Of a stretch of 10,436 nt of DNA, positions 1 through 6,583 are shown in pieces. The DNA is taken from UHGV virus genome UHGV-0239688; one strand, given 5' to 3'. How positions within the stretch are numbered: the stretch's first letter is position 1; the number at the start of each line of letters is the position of its first letter. The notes beneath the pieces are model-generated. The model did not search any database. It was not told the DNA's origin and was given only the letters and a program-made list of their open reading frames with translations. The stretch is from a virus. A program made the translations under genes and the position numbers.

Positions 1-272
1 TTATTATAATATGCTTCACTAACATCAATATAGTTAGATTTAGTAAATGCTTGAATTGCCATAAATGGAGAATTTTGTACAGTTTCAATAATTCCGATCT
101 TTTTAAGTTTTATTTCAACATCTTCTGGAATTGGCATTGAAATAAAATCTTCTACTAGATACATGTTATTGTCATATCTTTTATCAATCATTACTGCTAC
201 GGTAATTGGAACATCCTTGACAAACGCCATACTAATGCTATTGATAGACATTTCAAACAAAATTGCTTCCAT
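1..272 (-). CDS. Hypothetical protein, 5'-complete, 3' end beyond window start
   Basis: ATG at 272..270 preceded by GAGGA (276..280); frame stays open to position 1 (about 90 codons, [27 protein letters not shown]...). Not in the ORF track because it has no in-window stop. Function unknown. Confidence 0.5.
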   Translation of the reverse strand, partial: MEAILFEMSINSISMAFVKDVPITVAVMIDKRYDNNMYLVEDFISMPIPEDVEIKLKKIGIIETVQNSPFMAIQAFTKSNYIDVSEAYYN

Positions 273-280
273 AATTTTCC

Positions 281-622
281 TCAATCACAAGATGTAGATG
301 AACAACTAGAATCACAAGAACTTCCACATGAATCGCCCGTCCATACATGAACAGGAACATTTGTATCATATGAATCAGAACTAGACTGTGTTTTCTGTGC
401 ATTAGATGATGTAGTAGGTGTTGACCAGCGCCAAGGATTTTTATAATATTCTTGGGCTTCTTCATAAGTCATAGTAACTGCTTCTACTGTTCCATCTCCC
501 ATATAAACATACTCAACTACAGTTAAAGGAAGGTAGTCATTTGAAATAGGAACTACACCTTCTCCGGGAGTTGTAGAGAAAAAATCTGTAAAGAAACTTT
601 TAAACCAATTAAAGATAAACAT
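281..622 (-). CDS. Hypothetical protein, 113 aa, aromatic N-terminus and Ser/Cys-rich C-terminal tail
   Basis: ORF-track ORF; its ATG (622..620) overlaps the stop of the upstream ORF (TAATG), suggesting translational coupling. C-terminus ...[17 protein letters not shown]. Confidence 0.6.
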   Translation of the reverse strand: MFIFNWFKSFFTDFFSTTPGEGVVPISNDYLPLTVVEYVYMGDGTVEAVTMTYEEAQEYYKNPWRWSTPTTSSNAQKTQSSSDSYDTNVPVHVWTGDSCGSSCDSSCSSTSCD

Positions 623-828
623 TACAAAAAGCCTCTCTTGAATTCGACTTGCTTTTCGCCATAATCATATCGAATTTCTGCATTAAATTCGACAGAACCA
701 TCTGCGTACATCATAAATGAATGAACAACAACTTCTGTAGACCATGGTTGCAGTTCATATTTCTTCATTACATGCCGTGAAATGATAATATCTAAATCTT
801 CATTTGGTTTAATCCAACGATTTAACAT
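622..828 (-). CDS. Hypothetical protein, 68 aa
   Basis: ATG at 828..826 preceded by GAGGAG; lies just downstream of an early-type promoter; stop overlaps the next start. Confidence 0.55.
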   Translation of the reverse strand: MLNRWIKPNEDLDIIISRHVMKKYELQPWSTEVVVHSFMMYADGSVEFNAEIRYDYGEKQVEFKRGFL

Positions 829-854
829 AGTGCTCTCCTCTATAAGATAATTCT

Positions 855-883
855 ATTATACCATACTCATTTTGGAAAGTAAA
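855..883 (-). promoter_or_regulatory. Sigma70 / T4 early-type promoter (TTTACT, 17 bp spacer, TATAAT)
   Basis: Minus-strand reading ggTTTACTttccaaaatgagtatggTATAATag: -35 at 883..878, -10 at 860..855, 17-nt spacer; sits between the soc terminator and the ORF starting at 828. Confidence 0.5.
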
Positions 884-894
884 CCGTTTAAATG

Positions 895-917
895 AAAAAG
901 GACTCCCGAAGGAGTCC
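895..917 (-). terminator. Intrinsic terminator downstream of soc
   Basis: 7-bp GC-rich stem (GGACTCC/GGAGTCC) with a UUCG tetraloop on the minus-strand RNA, followed by UUUUU (plus-strand AAAAA at 895..899); 7 nt after the soc stop. Confidence 0.7.
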
Positions 918-923
918 TTGAAT

Positions 924-1169
924 TTATTCACCAGTTACTTTCCACAAATCTTCATTTGCAGCAATCCATTCAGTACGTTGATTTTCTTCATATACTGTAG
1001 AATATGCTGCTTTTTCTGAAGGGAATGTCTGGTAATGAGCGCCAGAAATTTTGTGAACGTCAGAATAAAGAGGGAAAGCTACAGAAATTTCCTTTCCTTC
1101 AATTTTCTTATTTCCATCTAATTTCTGCTCAAATGTTTTGATATTAACATAACCGCGAGTACTAGCCAT
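924..1169 (-). CDS. soc: Small outer capsid protein Soc
   Basis: 81-aa product MASTRGYVNIKTFEQKLDGNKKIEGKEISVAFPLYSDVHKISGAHYQTF... matches my recollection of T4 Soc; RBS AAGGAG; late promoter upstream; terminator downstream. Confidence 0.88.
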   Translation of the reverse strand: MASTRGYVNIKTFEQKLDGNKKIEGKEISVAFPLYSDVHKISGAHYQTFPSEKAAYSTVYEENQRTEWIAANEDLWKVTGE

Positions 1170-1185
1170 GTAATTCTCCTTTTAT

Positions 1186-1395
1186 TTAAATTACATGATT
1201 ATTTATAATAAATTCTCGCGGAACGGTAAAATATCCAATTTTAGTTAATATAACAACATCGCCGTTAATAATTACCGGAGAATAATCGTCTGGAGCATTA
1301 AATTTCCAATGGGCTCTAATATTATATCCATCAGAACCAAATGCTCGACTAGCCGGTCTCCCGGCTTTTTGCCATGCATAAAAATCAAATTTCAT
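1186..1395 (-). CDS. Hypothetical protein, 69 aa (position of T4 soc.1-like ORF)
   Basis: ORF-track ORF; ATG (1395..1393) overlaps the upstream stop (ATGA); 3' end overlaps the soc late promoter. Confidence 0.55.
   Translation of the reverse strand: MKFDFYAWQKAGRPASRAFGSDGYNIRAHWKFNAPDDYSPVIINGDVVILTKIGYFTVPREFIINNHVI
1200..1207 (-). promoter_or_regulatory. T4 late promoter TATAAATA upstream of soc
   Basis: Exact TATAAATA on the minus strand (plus-strand tatttata at 1200..1207), about 30 nt upstream of the soc ATG; the only exact match I found in the window. Soc is a late capsid protein. Confidence 0.6.
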
Positions 1396-1595
1396 TTTGA
1401 ATGCTCTATAATTAATTTTAAGGCTTCTTCACGCACCAACTTGCCTAATGGTATATGCCCAGTTTTAATTGTGTAAGCTTTGTGGAGCTGATTAGATAAG
1501 AGCTCGTATGTGAGCTCTTTGTCATAATTTTTAAATAGCTGGTCAATACGTTTCTTGCGGGCTTTCTTAAGCTGGCGTTTATTTAAACGAACCAT
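1392..1595 (-). CDS. Hypothetical basic protein, 67 aa (position of T4 soc.2-like ORF)
   Basis: ATG (1595..1593) overlaps the stop of the dCTPase gene (TAATG); Lys/Arg-rich N-terminus MVRLNKRQLKKARKKRIDQLF. Confidence 0.55.
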   Translation of the reverse strand: MVRLNKRQLKKARKKRIDQLFKNYDKELTYELLSNQLHKAYTIKTGHIPLGKLVREEALKLIIEHSK

Positions 1596-2113
1596 TAATA
1601 GCCTCTGTCTTGACGAGCGAAGTTTTCAGCATTTTTCAGATAATAAAGTTTAAAGATTTCCTCAGCTGACATTCCAAGAGCAATGAATTTATTCATGAAA
1701 AAGTGAAATTGATCAATCAGTTCAAATTTAATTTCAAGCTGATCTTCAGGAGATAAGTCTTGAATTTTCTTGGATTGCATTTCAGAATAACGTTTCTTCC
1801 AAGGTTTCCATACAGCAGAAGCTTCTTTTTCACCATTACTCATACCACCAAGAGAAGTATATAGCTCGCGGGTTTCGTCTGCGATATAATCGTCTTGGTT
1901 TCGCAACCAAGCAAGAACTTCTCCTGCGGTTTCAAGTGAATCAGGATGACGATTTGTTTCTGGTTTATCATTAGCCAAACGAATCTGTAAAGACCGCTGC
2001 ATATCAAGCATAACCTGCAATGGGTCAATATTGTGCATAATATTCTCAGCATATGCACGAGTTGCTTTATCAACACCTTCGATCAAATGGGCGCATTCAT
2101 TAAAGTGAGCCAT
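1595..2113 (-). CDS. 56: Probable dCTP pyrophosphatase (T4 gp56-like, MazG/dimeric-dUTPase-like), 172 aa
   Basis: Start placed at ATG 2113..2111 (MAHFNECAHLIEGVDKA...) with an AAAGGA RBS; the longer track ORF (to 2206) would run through the promoter. Size and position next to the soc cluster match T4 gene 56; identity is from synteny and remembered sequence, not a search. Confidence 0.6.
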   Translation of the reverse strand: MAHFNECAHLIEGVDKATRAYAENIMHNIDPLQVMLDMQRSLQIRLANDKPETNRHPDSLETAGEVLAWLRNQDDYIADETRELYTSLGGMSNGEKEASAVWKPWKKRYSEMQSKKIQDLSPEDQLEIKFELIDQFHFFMNKFIALGMSAEEIFKLYYLKNAENFARQDRGY

Positions 2114-2147
2114 TATTTTTCCTTTCAATTCATGGATTAATAGATTA

Positions 2148-2172
2148 ATTATACAATAAATATATAAAGCAA
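2148..2172 (-). promoter_or_regulatory. MotA-dependent middle promoter upstream of gene 56
   Basis: Minus-strand reading tTGCTTTAtatatttattgTATAAT: MotA-box-like TTGCTTTA (2172..2165), 11-nt spacer, -10 TATAAT (2153..2148). Confidence 0.5.
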
Positions 2173-2184
2173 TAAGGAGGACAT

Positions 2185-2385
2185 ATGGTACAAAAATTAA
2201 TGGCACTTGTTAATGCCATCAAAGGTAATAAAAAGCGTATAGCTTTTACTATTTCTGCTATGGTAGGAATTTTACTCTGGAACTTTATTTTATCACCTGT
2301 TGCAATTGCGCATGGTATTAATATTCCAGTAGTTACTCTTGATACATTCGTAGATTTAGCATTCGCTTTAGTTGGGTTAATTTAA
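2185..2385 (+). CDS. Hypothetical small hydrophobic (probable membrane) protein, 66 aa, on the opposite strand
   Basis: ORF-track ORF with a strong SD AAGGAGG (2173..2180) 4 nt before the ATG; product is dominated by hydrophobic residues (two likely TM segments); convergent with gene 61, stops overlapping by a few nt. No minus-strand ORF of any length fills this gap. Confidence 0.35.
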   Translation: MVQKLMALVNAIKGNKKRIAFTISAMVGILLWNFILSPVAIAHGINIPVVTLDTFVDLAFALVGLI

Positions 2386-3410
2386 ATCTTAGCATATTTA
2401 GATAACCGCATTTTAGCCATCAACCCCTGGGCAATATTATTTTTCATATATTCCATAATTTGTTCAGTGGTTGCACCTTCCTTTCTAATCATATCATTAA
2501 CATCTTTTGATTTCCAGGGAGATTTATCCCAAAACATAACCCTTTCTCCTGCATCAACTAATTTAGTCATTCGCTTAATAGTGTCAGGATGACGAGGTTC
2601 ATTATCTAAAACCCACACGCGTCTATCTTTAAATGGAACAATTTCTAGGTCTAATTGACCACCCGTAATAGCTATACCATTTTCAATAAAAAGTGAATCT
2701 ATAGGTCCTTCTAGAACATATACATCACCATCTTTAACTCGTTCGACTCCATAGATTTTTGTTGCCTCAGGATAAGCTTTGATGGTGATATATTTTTGAG
2801 GAGCATCTTTCTTTAATGCACGTCCTTGAAAAGACTCAGCTTTTCCATTAGCATTATAAATTGGAATAACAAGACGAGGCTCAGAAATTTCCTTTTTGTA
2901 TGTTCCCGGTGCTATACTATTAACTAATTTAGGCCATTCAGTTGTAAACCAAAGATATTTCCATTTATCCTTTGGAATACAACGAGCTTTTACGTATTTT
3001 ATAATTGGATGGTCTTCCGCCAGTTTATCTAATCTAACACATGACGGAAGAGATTTAATTATTTTCTTCTCAGGTTGTTTAGGAAGTTCTTTAGGTTTTT
3101 CTACTGGACGACTTTTACCTTTTTCTTTTCTTATTTCAAAGATATACTCACGATATAAATCAGGTTCAAACTCCTTTAAATATATTCCGATTGGTGCATG
3201 ATAGTTACAGTTATAACAATGAATATTTCCTTCATTATTATCACCATAATACCATCCACGAGCTTTATTCTGGTCGGTTTTTGAATCTCCACAAACAGGG
3301 CATCTAAACCGTAATTTAAAAGTTGAACTATTATTTACTTGTGTGAATTTAGGTAAATGAGCTAATGCACGGTATGCAAACTCATTATCAATCCAAGGTA
3401 TTGATGACAT
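2382..3410 (-). CDS. 61: DNA primase (T4 gp61-type), 342 aa
   Basis: N-terminal zinc ribbon (CPVCGDS...CYNC), TOPRIM-like motifs (VYVLEGPIDSLF, WVLDNEPRHPD); length equals T4 gp61; synteny next to gene 41. Confidence 0.9.
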   Translation of the reverse strand: MSSIPWIDNEFAYRALAHLPKFTQVNNSSTFKLRFRCPVCGDSKTDQNKARGWYYGDNNEGNIHCYNCNYHAPIGIYLKEFEPDLYREYIFEIRKEKGKSRPVEKPKELPKQPEKKIIKSLPSCVRLDKLAEDHPIIKYVKARCIPKDKWKYLWFTTEWPKLVNSIAPGTYKKEISEPRLVIPIYNANGKAESFQGRALKKDAPQKYITIKAYPEATKIYGVERVKDGDVYVLEGPIDSLFIENGIAITGGQLDLEIVPFKDRRVWVLDNEPRHPDTIKRMTKLVDAGERVMFWDKSPWKSKDVNDMIRKEGATTEQIMEYMKNNIAQGLMAKMRLSKYAKI

Positions 3411-3412
3411 TT

Positions 3413-3577
3413 TTACTCTTCTTTTTCTTTAGATTCCTCTTTTTTCTTTTTAGGAATCTGTTCAGGACCTTTATTTACTACAGCGCCTGATGTTGTTCCA
3501 GTAGAGATATTTTCAGGACTACCACCTGAATCTCCAGCGACCATATCTTCTTTGATAAATTCTTTATATGTTTTCAT
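3413..3577 (-). CDS. Small hypothetical protein, 54 aa (position of T4 61.1)
   Basis: Below the ORF-track cutoff; hand-translated ATG at 3577..3575 with GAGG RBS; product MKTYKEFIKEDMVAGDSGGSPENISTGTTSGAVVNKGPEQIPKKKKEESKEKEE; stop at 3413..3415 abuts the gene 61 start (3410). Confidence 0.45.
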   Translation of the reverse strand: MKTYKEFIKEDMVAGDSGGSPENISTGTTSGAVVNKGPEQIPKKKKEESKEKEE

Positions 3578-3578
3578 A

Positions 3579-3935
3579 TTAACCTCTATTCATAAAAGCA
3601 TTAAAAATTTGGTCATCAATAGATAGTGCAGTAATATTTTCTGCATCATTTAGCAAATCATTAATTTCATCAGATAGCATAACACATGTACCTTTATTTC
3701 CTGTAATTGTTACTGCACAATTACGAACGTTTTCTTTATTAAATTTTAGGTTAATATTTTCGTAATGAAAATCCTTTAATGCTGAATATATTTTTAAAAT
3801 AAAATTGTCTTTTACTGCAATAAACCCAACCTCACTATTAAAACGTGGTTCATGAAAACTGTAATAAACCTTTTCATCTATAAAATCGTATGAAATTTTT
3901 TCCATTTTTAAATATGAAAATTCAGAACTATGCAT
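3579..3935 (-). CDS. Hypothetical protein, 118 aa (position of T4 61.2)
   Basis: ORF-track ORF; ATG 3935..3933 with GAGG RBS, 12 nt after the sp stop. Confidence 0.6.
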   Translation of the reverse strand: MHSSEFSYLKMEKISYDFIDEKVYYSFHEPRFNSEVGFIAVKDNFILKIYSALKDFHYENINLKFNKENVRNCAVTITGNKGTCVMLSDEINDLLNDAENITALSIDDQIFNAFMNRG

Positions 3936-3947
3936 ACTAACCTCTAA

Positions 3948-4241
3948 TTACTCACCTACCACTTCAGCGATGATATTTTTGTTATTAAAGTTTTTATCGC
4001 AATACAGAACATAATTATACTGCATTACACCACCAGACTTAAGCTGTTTTTGCACTTCAGCTTTCATTTCAGGACGATCGCGCTCAACGATATTCATAAT
4101 ATCTGCTTCAATTTGGGTTTCAACCTCAGTCTGATCCGCAGTCATAGACCATTCGCACAAATCTTTATCATAACCTGCCATAGCAGGCTGAGCAGCACAA
4201 GAAGCTAAAGCAAAAATTGTGGCAAAGATAAATTTTTTCAT
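3948..4241 (-). CDS. sp: Spackle (Sp) periplasmic superinfection-exclusion protein, 97 aa
   Basis: N-terminal signal peptide MKKFIFATIFALASCAAQPAMA; sequence and length match my recollection of T4 Sp (gene 61.3); position between 61 and dmd. Confidence 0.75.
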   Translation of the reverse strand: MKKFIFATIFALASCAAQPAMAGYDKDLCEWSMTADQTEVETQIEADIMNIVERDRPEMKAEVQKQLKSGGVMQYNYVLYCDKNFNNKNIIAEVVGE

Positions 4242-4269
4242 GATAATCTCCTCAGTAGTTTATGTTTAT

Positions 4270-4298
4270 ATAGTATCTCAATTTCCAACAAAAGTAAA
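4270..4298 (-). promoter_or_regulatory. Candidate early promoter upstream of sp (TTTACT, 17 bp, TACTAT)
   Basis: Minus-strand reading tgTTTACTtttgttggaaattgagaTACTATataaac: -35 at 4298..4293, -10 at 4275..4270. Confidence 0.4.
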
Positions 4299-4301
4299 CA
4301 G

Positions 4302-4559
4302 CTATTTTAAAACTTTTGCATAATCACATGTTACAAACTGTTTCTCTAGCTTGACGATTTTACGAAAGTATCTTTTGCATTGGCGAATCTGCCGCTTCGT
4401 AGGGCGAACAGCAAACTTAATAAATTTCACTCGACCAAATGGAGGACTTTCTTCTGCTGGAATATCTAGCACCAATTCCCACGTATCTGCAATAAGTGCT
4501 TTGAATTGCGTATTTTTCCTGACGTTATACGGAGTAGGTTTAAATAAAACAATATGCAT
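4302..4559 (-). CDS. Hypothetical basic protein, 85 aa (position of T4 61.4)
   Basis: Start chosen at ATG 4559..4557 (MHIVLFKPTPYN...) with GAGGA RBS, 1 nt after the dmd stop; the track's longer version (to 4601) would overlap dmd by about 40 nt. Lys/Arg-rich C-terminal half. Confidence 0.5.
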   Translation of the reverse strand: MHIVLFKPTPYNVRKNTQFKALIADTWELVLDIPAEESPPFGRVKFIKFAVRPTKRQIRQCKRYFRKIVKLEKQFVTCDYAKVLK

Positions 4560-4560
4560 A

Positions 4561-4743
4561 TTATCCTCGGCAATCCACTTCACATACTTTCTTGTCATCA
4601 ATGAAAGCTTTAACTAATGCTTTATTAACTTCAGCATATTGAGTAGTAGCCCATTGAACATCATCTTTCATCATTGTGATTTCTTTAGTAAACATGCTTT
4701 CATTCTTAAACCACCCCATAAAAACTACCTTTACCAATTCCAT
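4561..4743 (-). CDS. dmd: Dmd, antitoxin against host RnlA/LsoA toxins, 60 aa
   Basis: 60-aa product MELVKVVFMGWFKNESMFTKEITMMKDDVQWATTQYAEVNKALVKAFIDDKKVCEVDCRG matches my recollection of T4 Dmd (gene 61.5); GAGGAG RBS; own early-type promoter upstream. Confidence 0.8.
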   Translation of the reverse strand: MELVKVVFMGWFKNESMFTKEITMMKDDVQWATTQYAEVNKALVKAFIDDKKVCEVDCRG

Positions 4744-4772
4744 AACAATCTCCTCATTTAACCAACAAGACT

Positions 4773-4801
4773 ACTATACCATAGTCTTGTCAGCTTGTAA
4801 A
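4773..4801 (-). promoter_or_regulatory. Early promoter for dmd (TTTACA, 17 bp, TATAGT)
   Basis: Minus-strand reading gTTTACAagctgacaagactatggTATAGT, immediately after the gene 41 stop; -35 at 4801..4796, -10 at 4778..4773. A 9-bp inverted repeat (4765..4773 / 4782..4790) overlaps the spacer and -10. Confidence 0.5.
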
Positions 4802-6229
4802 CTAAAATTTTAATTCATTTGCCAAAGCATCTAACTGAGCTCGAGTCGATTCGTTTCTTTGATAGCGATTCTGCTCAGCTTGTATCTGTTGTGAACCTGC
4901 TACCTCACTCACTTCAGTTGGAGTAGAATCTTGTTCAATTTCTACCCATTTCTGATTTCCTTTTTGAACACCCATCAAAAACTTATTCCATTTATTCTTA
5001 TCACCATATCGTGATTTGATTTGCTTAATAAGTTGTTGTTCAGCAGCTGCTAACTCCTCGGTTTCAATGACCGCAAGCATAAAATCAGCTGTTGCTGGAA
5101 GACCGGCAGATTCTGCAATATCGCTCATGTTAACATCAGAAGAATCCCAAGCTTGTTTACCAACCTGTGCTGCAGTCCAAAGAACAGTTTCGGTTTCAAC
5201 AGCAAGAGCACGTAATTCCTCTGCAATGGCTTTAACAGTTGTGTAACTATTTTCTGAGTAAACTCTAATGCGGCAAGATTTACAAATACCCAGATAGTCG
5301 ACAATAATGATTGTTGGAACAAAATTCTTCTTGAGCTTTAATTCGTTTAAAAGCGATCGAAATGTATTAGCATCTGCTCCACCAGTAGGATACTGTTTAA
5401 CTATTAAACGACCGAGAGTAGATTTCTCGCGCCATTTTTCCATTTTTCCTTTATACTCAGCGTAAGAAATATGCCCATCATCAATATCATCAAGAGAAAC
5501 ATCAAGCATATTAGCATCAATACGCTTAGCACAGACTTCTTCTGCCATTTCCATGGAAATGTAAAGAACATTATGTCCGAGCTGCAAATAATCTGCTGCC
5601 AATGAACACAATCCTAATGACTTACCAACGTTAACTCCAGCCATTAAAACGTTCAGTGTTCCAGTCTCAGCTCCGCCTTTAGTAATTTTGTTTAGAATTC
5701 TGAGTTTAAATGGAACCTTACGAGCTTTATTCATATAAGATAGCCAACGTGCTTCGTAGTCATCCATCCAATCATGACCAACGTAACTATCAAATGAAAT
5801 TGATAATGCCTGGCGCATGATGTCAGGAATAGCACCAACATCCGGCATTTTCTTATTTCGTTTTTCCGGAGGAAGCTCAGCATTAGTTTGAATTTCGATT
5901 ATTTTAGACGTAGCATTAAACATCGCCCTTTGCTGAACATATTTTTCTGTTTCTTTTACTAACCAGCTGTGGTCTTCCGGAGAATCAGCCAGTTTTGAAA
6001 TAAGTGTTTTTACACCAGAATATTCTGTTTCAGTAAATGAACTATTTTCTAATGCAACATTTAACGCATTAATAGATGGAACGCTATGATACTCATTAAC
6101 ATGAGATTTAATTAATTTGAATGTATTTTTAGCTGGACCACTTTCAAAATATTCTGAATCCATATATGGCCAAACTTTTGAAAAATAAGCTTGATCAAAT
6201 ATGAGATGAGAAAGAATAATTTCTACCAC
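4802..6229 (-). CDS. 41: Replicative DNA helicase (T4 gp41, DnaB-like), 475 aa
   Basis: Walker A GVNVGKS; length and N-terminus MVEIILSHLIF match T4 gp41; the initiation codon is GTG (6229..6227) preceded by AAGGAG at 5-nt spacing. Confidence 0.9.
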   Translation of the reverse strand: MVEIILSHLIFDQAYFSKVWPYMDSEYFESGPAKNTFKLIKSHVNEYHSVPSINALNVALENSSFTETEYSGVKTLISKLADSPEDHSWLVKETEKYVQQRAMFNATSKIIEIQTNAELPPEKRNKKMPDVGAIPDIMRQALSISFDSYVGHDWMDDYEARWLSYMNKARKVPFKLRILNKITKGGAETGTLNVLMAGVNVGKSLGLCSLAADYLQLGHNVLYISMEMAEEVCAKRIDANMLDVSLDDIDDGHISYAEYKGKMEKWREKSTLGRLIVKQYPTGGADANTFRSLLNELKLKKNFVPTIIIVDYLGICKSCRIRVYSENSYTTVKAIAEELRALAVETETVLWTAAQVGKQAWDSSDVNMSDIAESAGLPATADFMLAVIETEELAAAEQQLIKQIKSRYGDKNKWNKFLMGVQKGNQKWVEIEQDSTPTEVSEVAGSQQIQAEQNRYQRNESTRAQLDALANELKF

Positions 6230-6238
6230 ACTTACTCC

Positions 6239-6583
6239 TTAAAAGAATTTAAATTTTTTCTTTGACCTTTTATTAAATGCATCTTGTAGTTGCATTGTAA
6301 TACATTTTTCTACATGAGGAGCTAACTCAGCTTTTCTTTCTTGGTCAAGAACAGCAAAGTCCATTACAACCTTTCCATCAACCCAATCTAATTTTGTCAC
6401 ATACACAATGTGTGTAGAACCATCTTCTAGTTTAATGACAATCTCCTGGATAACATTTTCCATGGCAGATTTAATTATCTTAAGAGACTCATTAAAAAGA
6501 CGTTCTTTTCTTTCTTCTTCCCCCTCCGAAGAGGGGGATTCGTCGATAATTTCTAGATCTAAATCTAAATCATCTTTATTCAT
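6239..6583 (-). CDS. 40: Gene 40-like protein (T4 head vertex assembly chaperone position), about 114 aa
   Basis: ORF between uvsX and 41 as in T4. Start ambiguous: ATG at 6583..6581 (MNKDDLDL...) or the track's GTG at 6601; both overlap the uvsX 3' end. Assignment is by synteny only. Confidence 0.55.
   Translation of the reverse strand: MNKDDLDLDLEIIDESPSSEGEEERKERLFNESLKIIKSAMENVIQEIVIKLEDGSTHIVYVTKLDWVDGKVVMDFAVLDQERKAELAPHVEKCITMQLQDAFNKRSKKKFKFF

Noticed and set aside
253-465. 70-aa minus-strand ORF from the track (His/Leu-rich)
   Set aside because: Lies entirely inside the better-supported 113-aa ORF (281..622) in another frame; low-complexity product, no RBS.
1840-2076. 78-aa minus-strand ORF inside the gp56-like gene
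   Set aside because: Alternative frame within a longer syntenic gene; no independent start signal.
2114-2206. N-terminal extension of the gp56-like ORF (track start at 2206)
   Set aside because: The extension would read through the middle promoter and the plus-strand SD region; the internal ATG at 2113 has an RBS and gives a size close to T4 gp56.
2896-3201. 101-aa plus-strand ORF
   Set aside because: Antisense to the primase gene, no RBS; typical shadow ORF.
4560-4601. Longer version of the 61.4-like ORF starting at 4601
   Set aside because: Would overlap the dmd coding region by about 40 nt; the ATG at 4559 with GAGGA RBS just after the dmd stop is more plausible.
4351-4617. 88-aa plus-strand ORF
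   Set aside because: Antisense to the 61.4-like ORF and dmd; no start signal.
5016-5322. Plus- and minus-strand short ORFs (76 aa and 65 aa) inside gene 41
   Set aside because: Embedded in the helicase coding region in other frames; no support.
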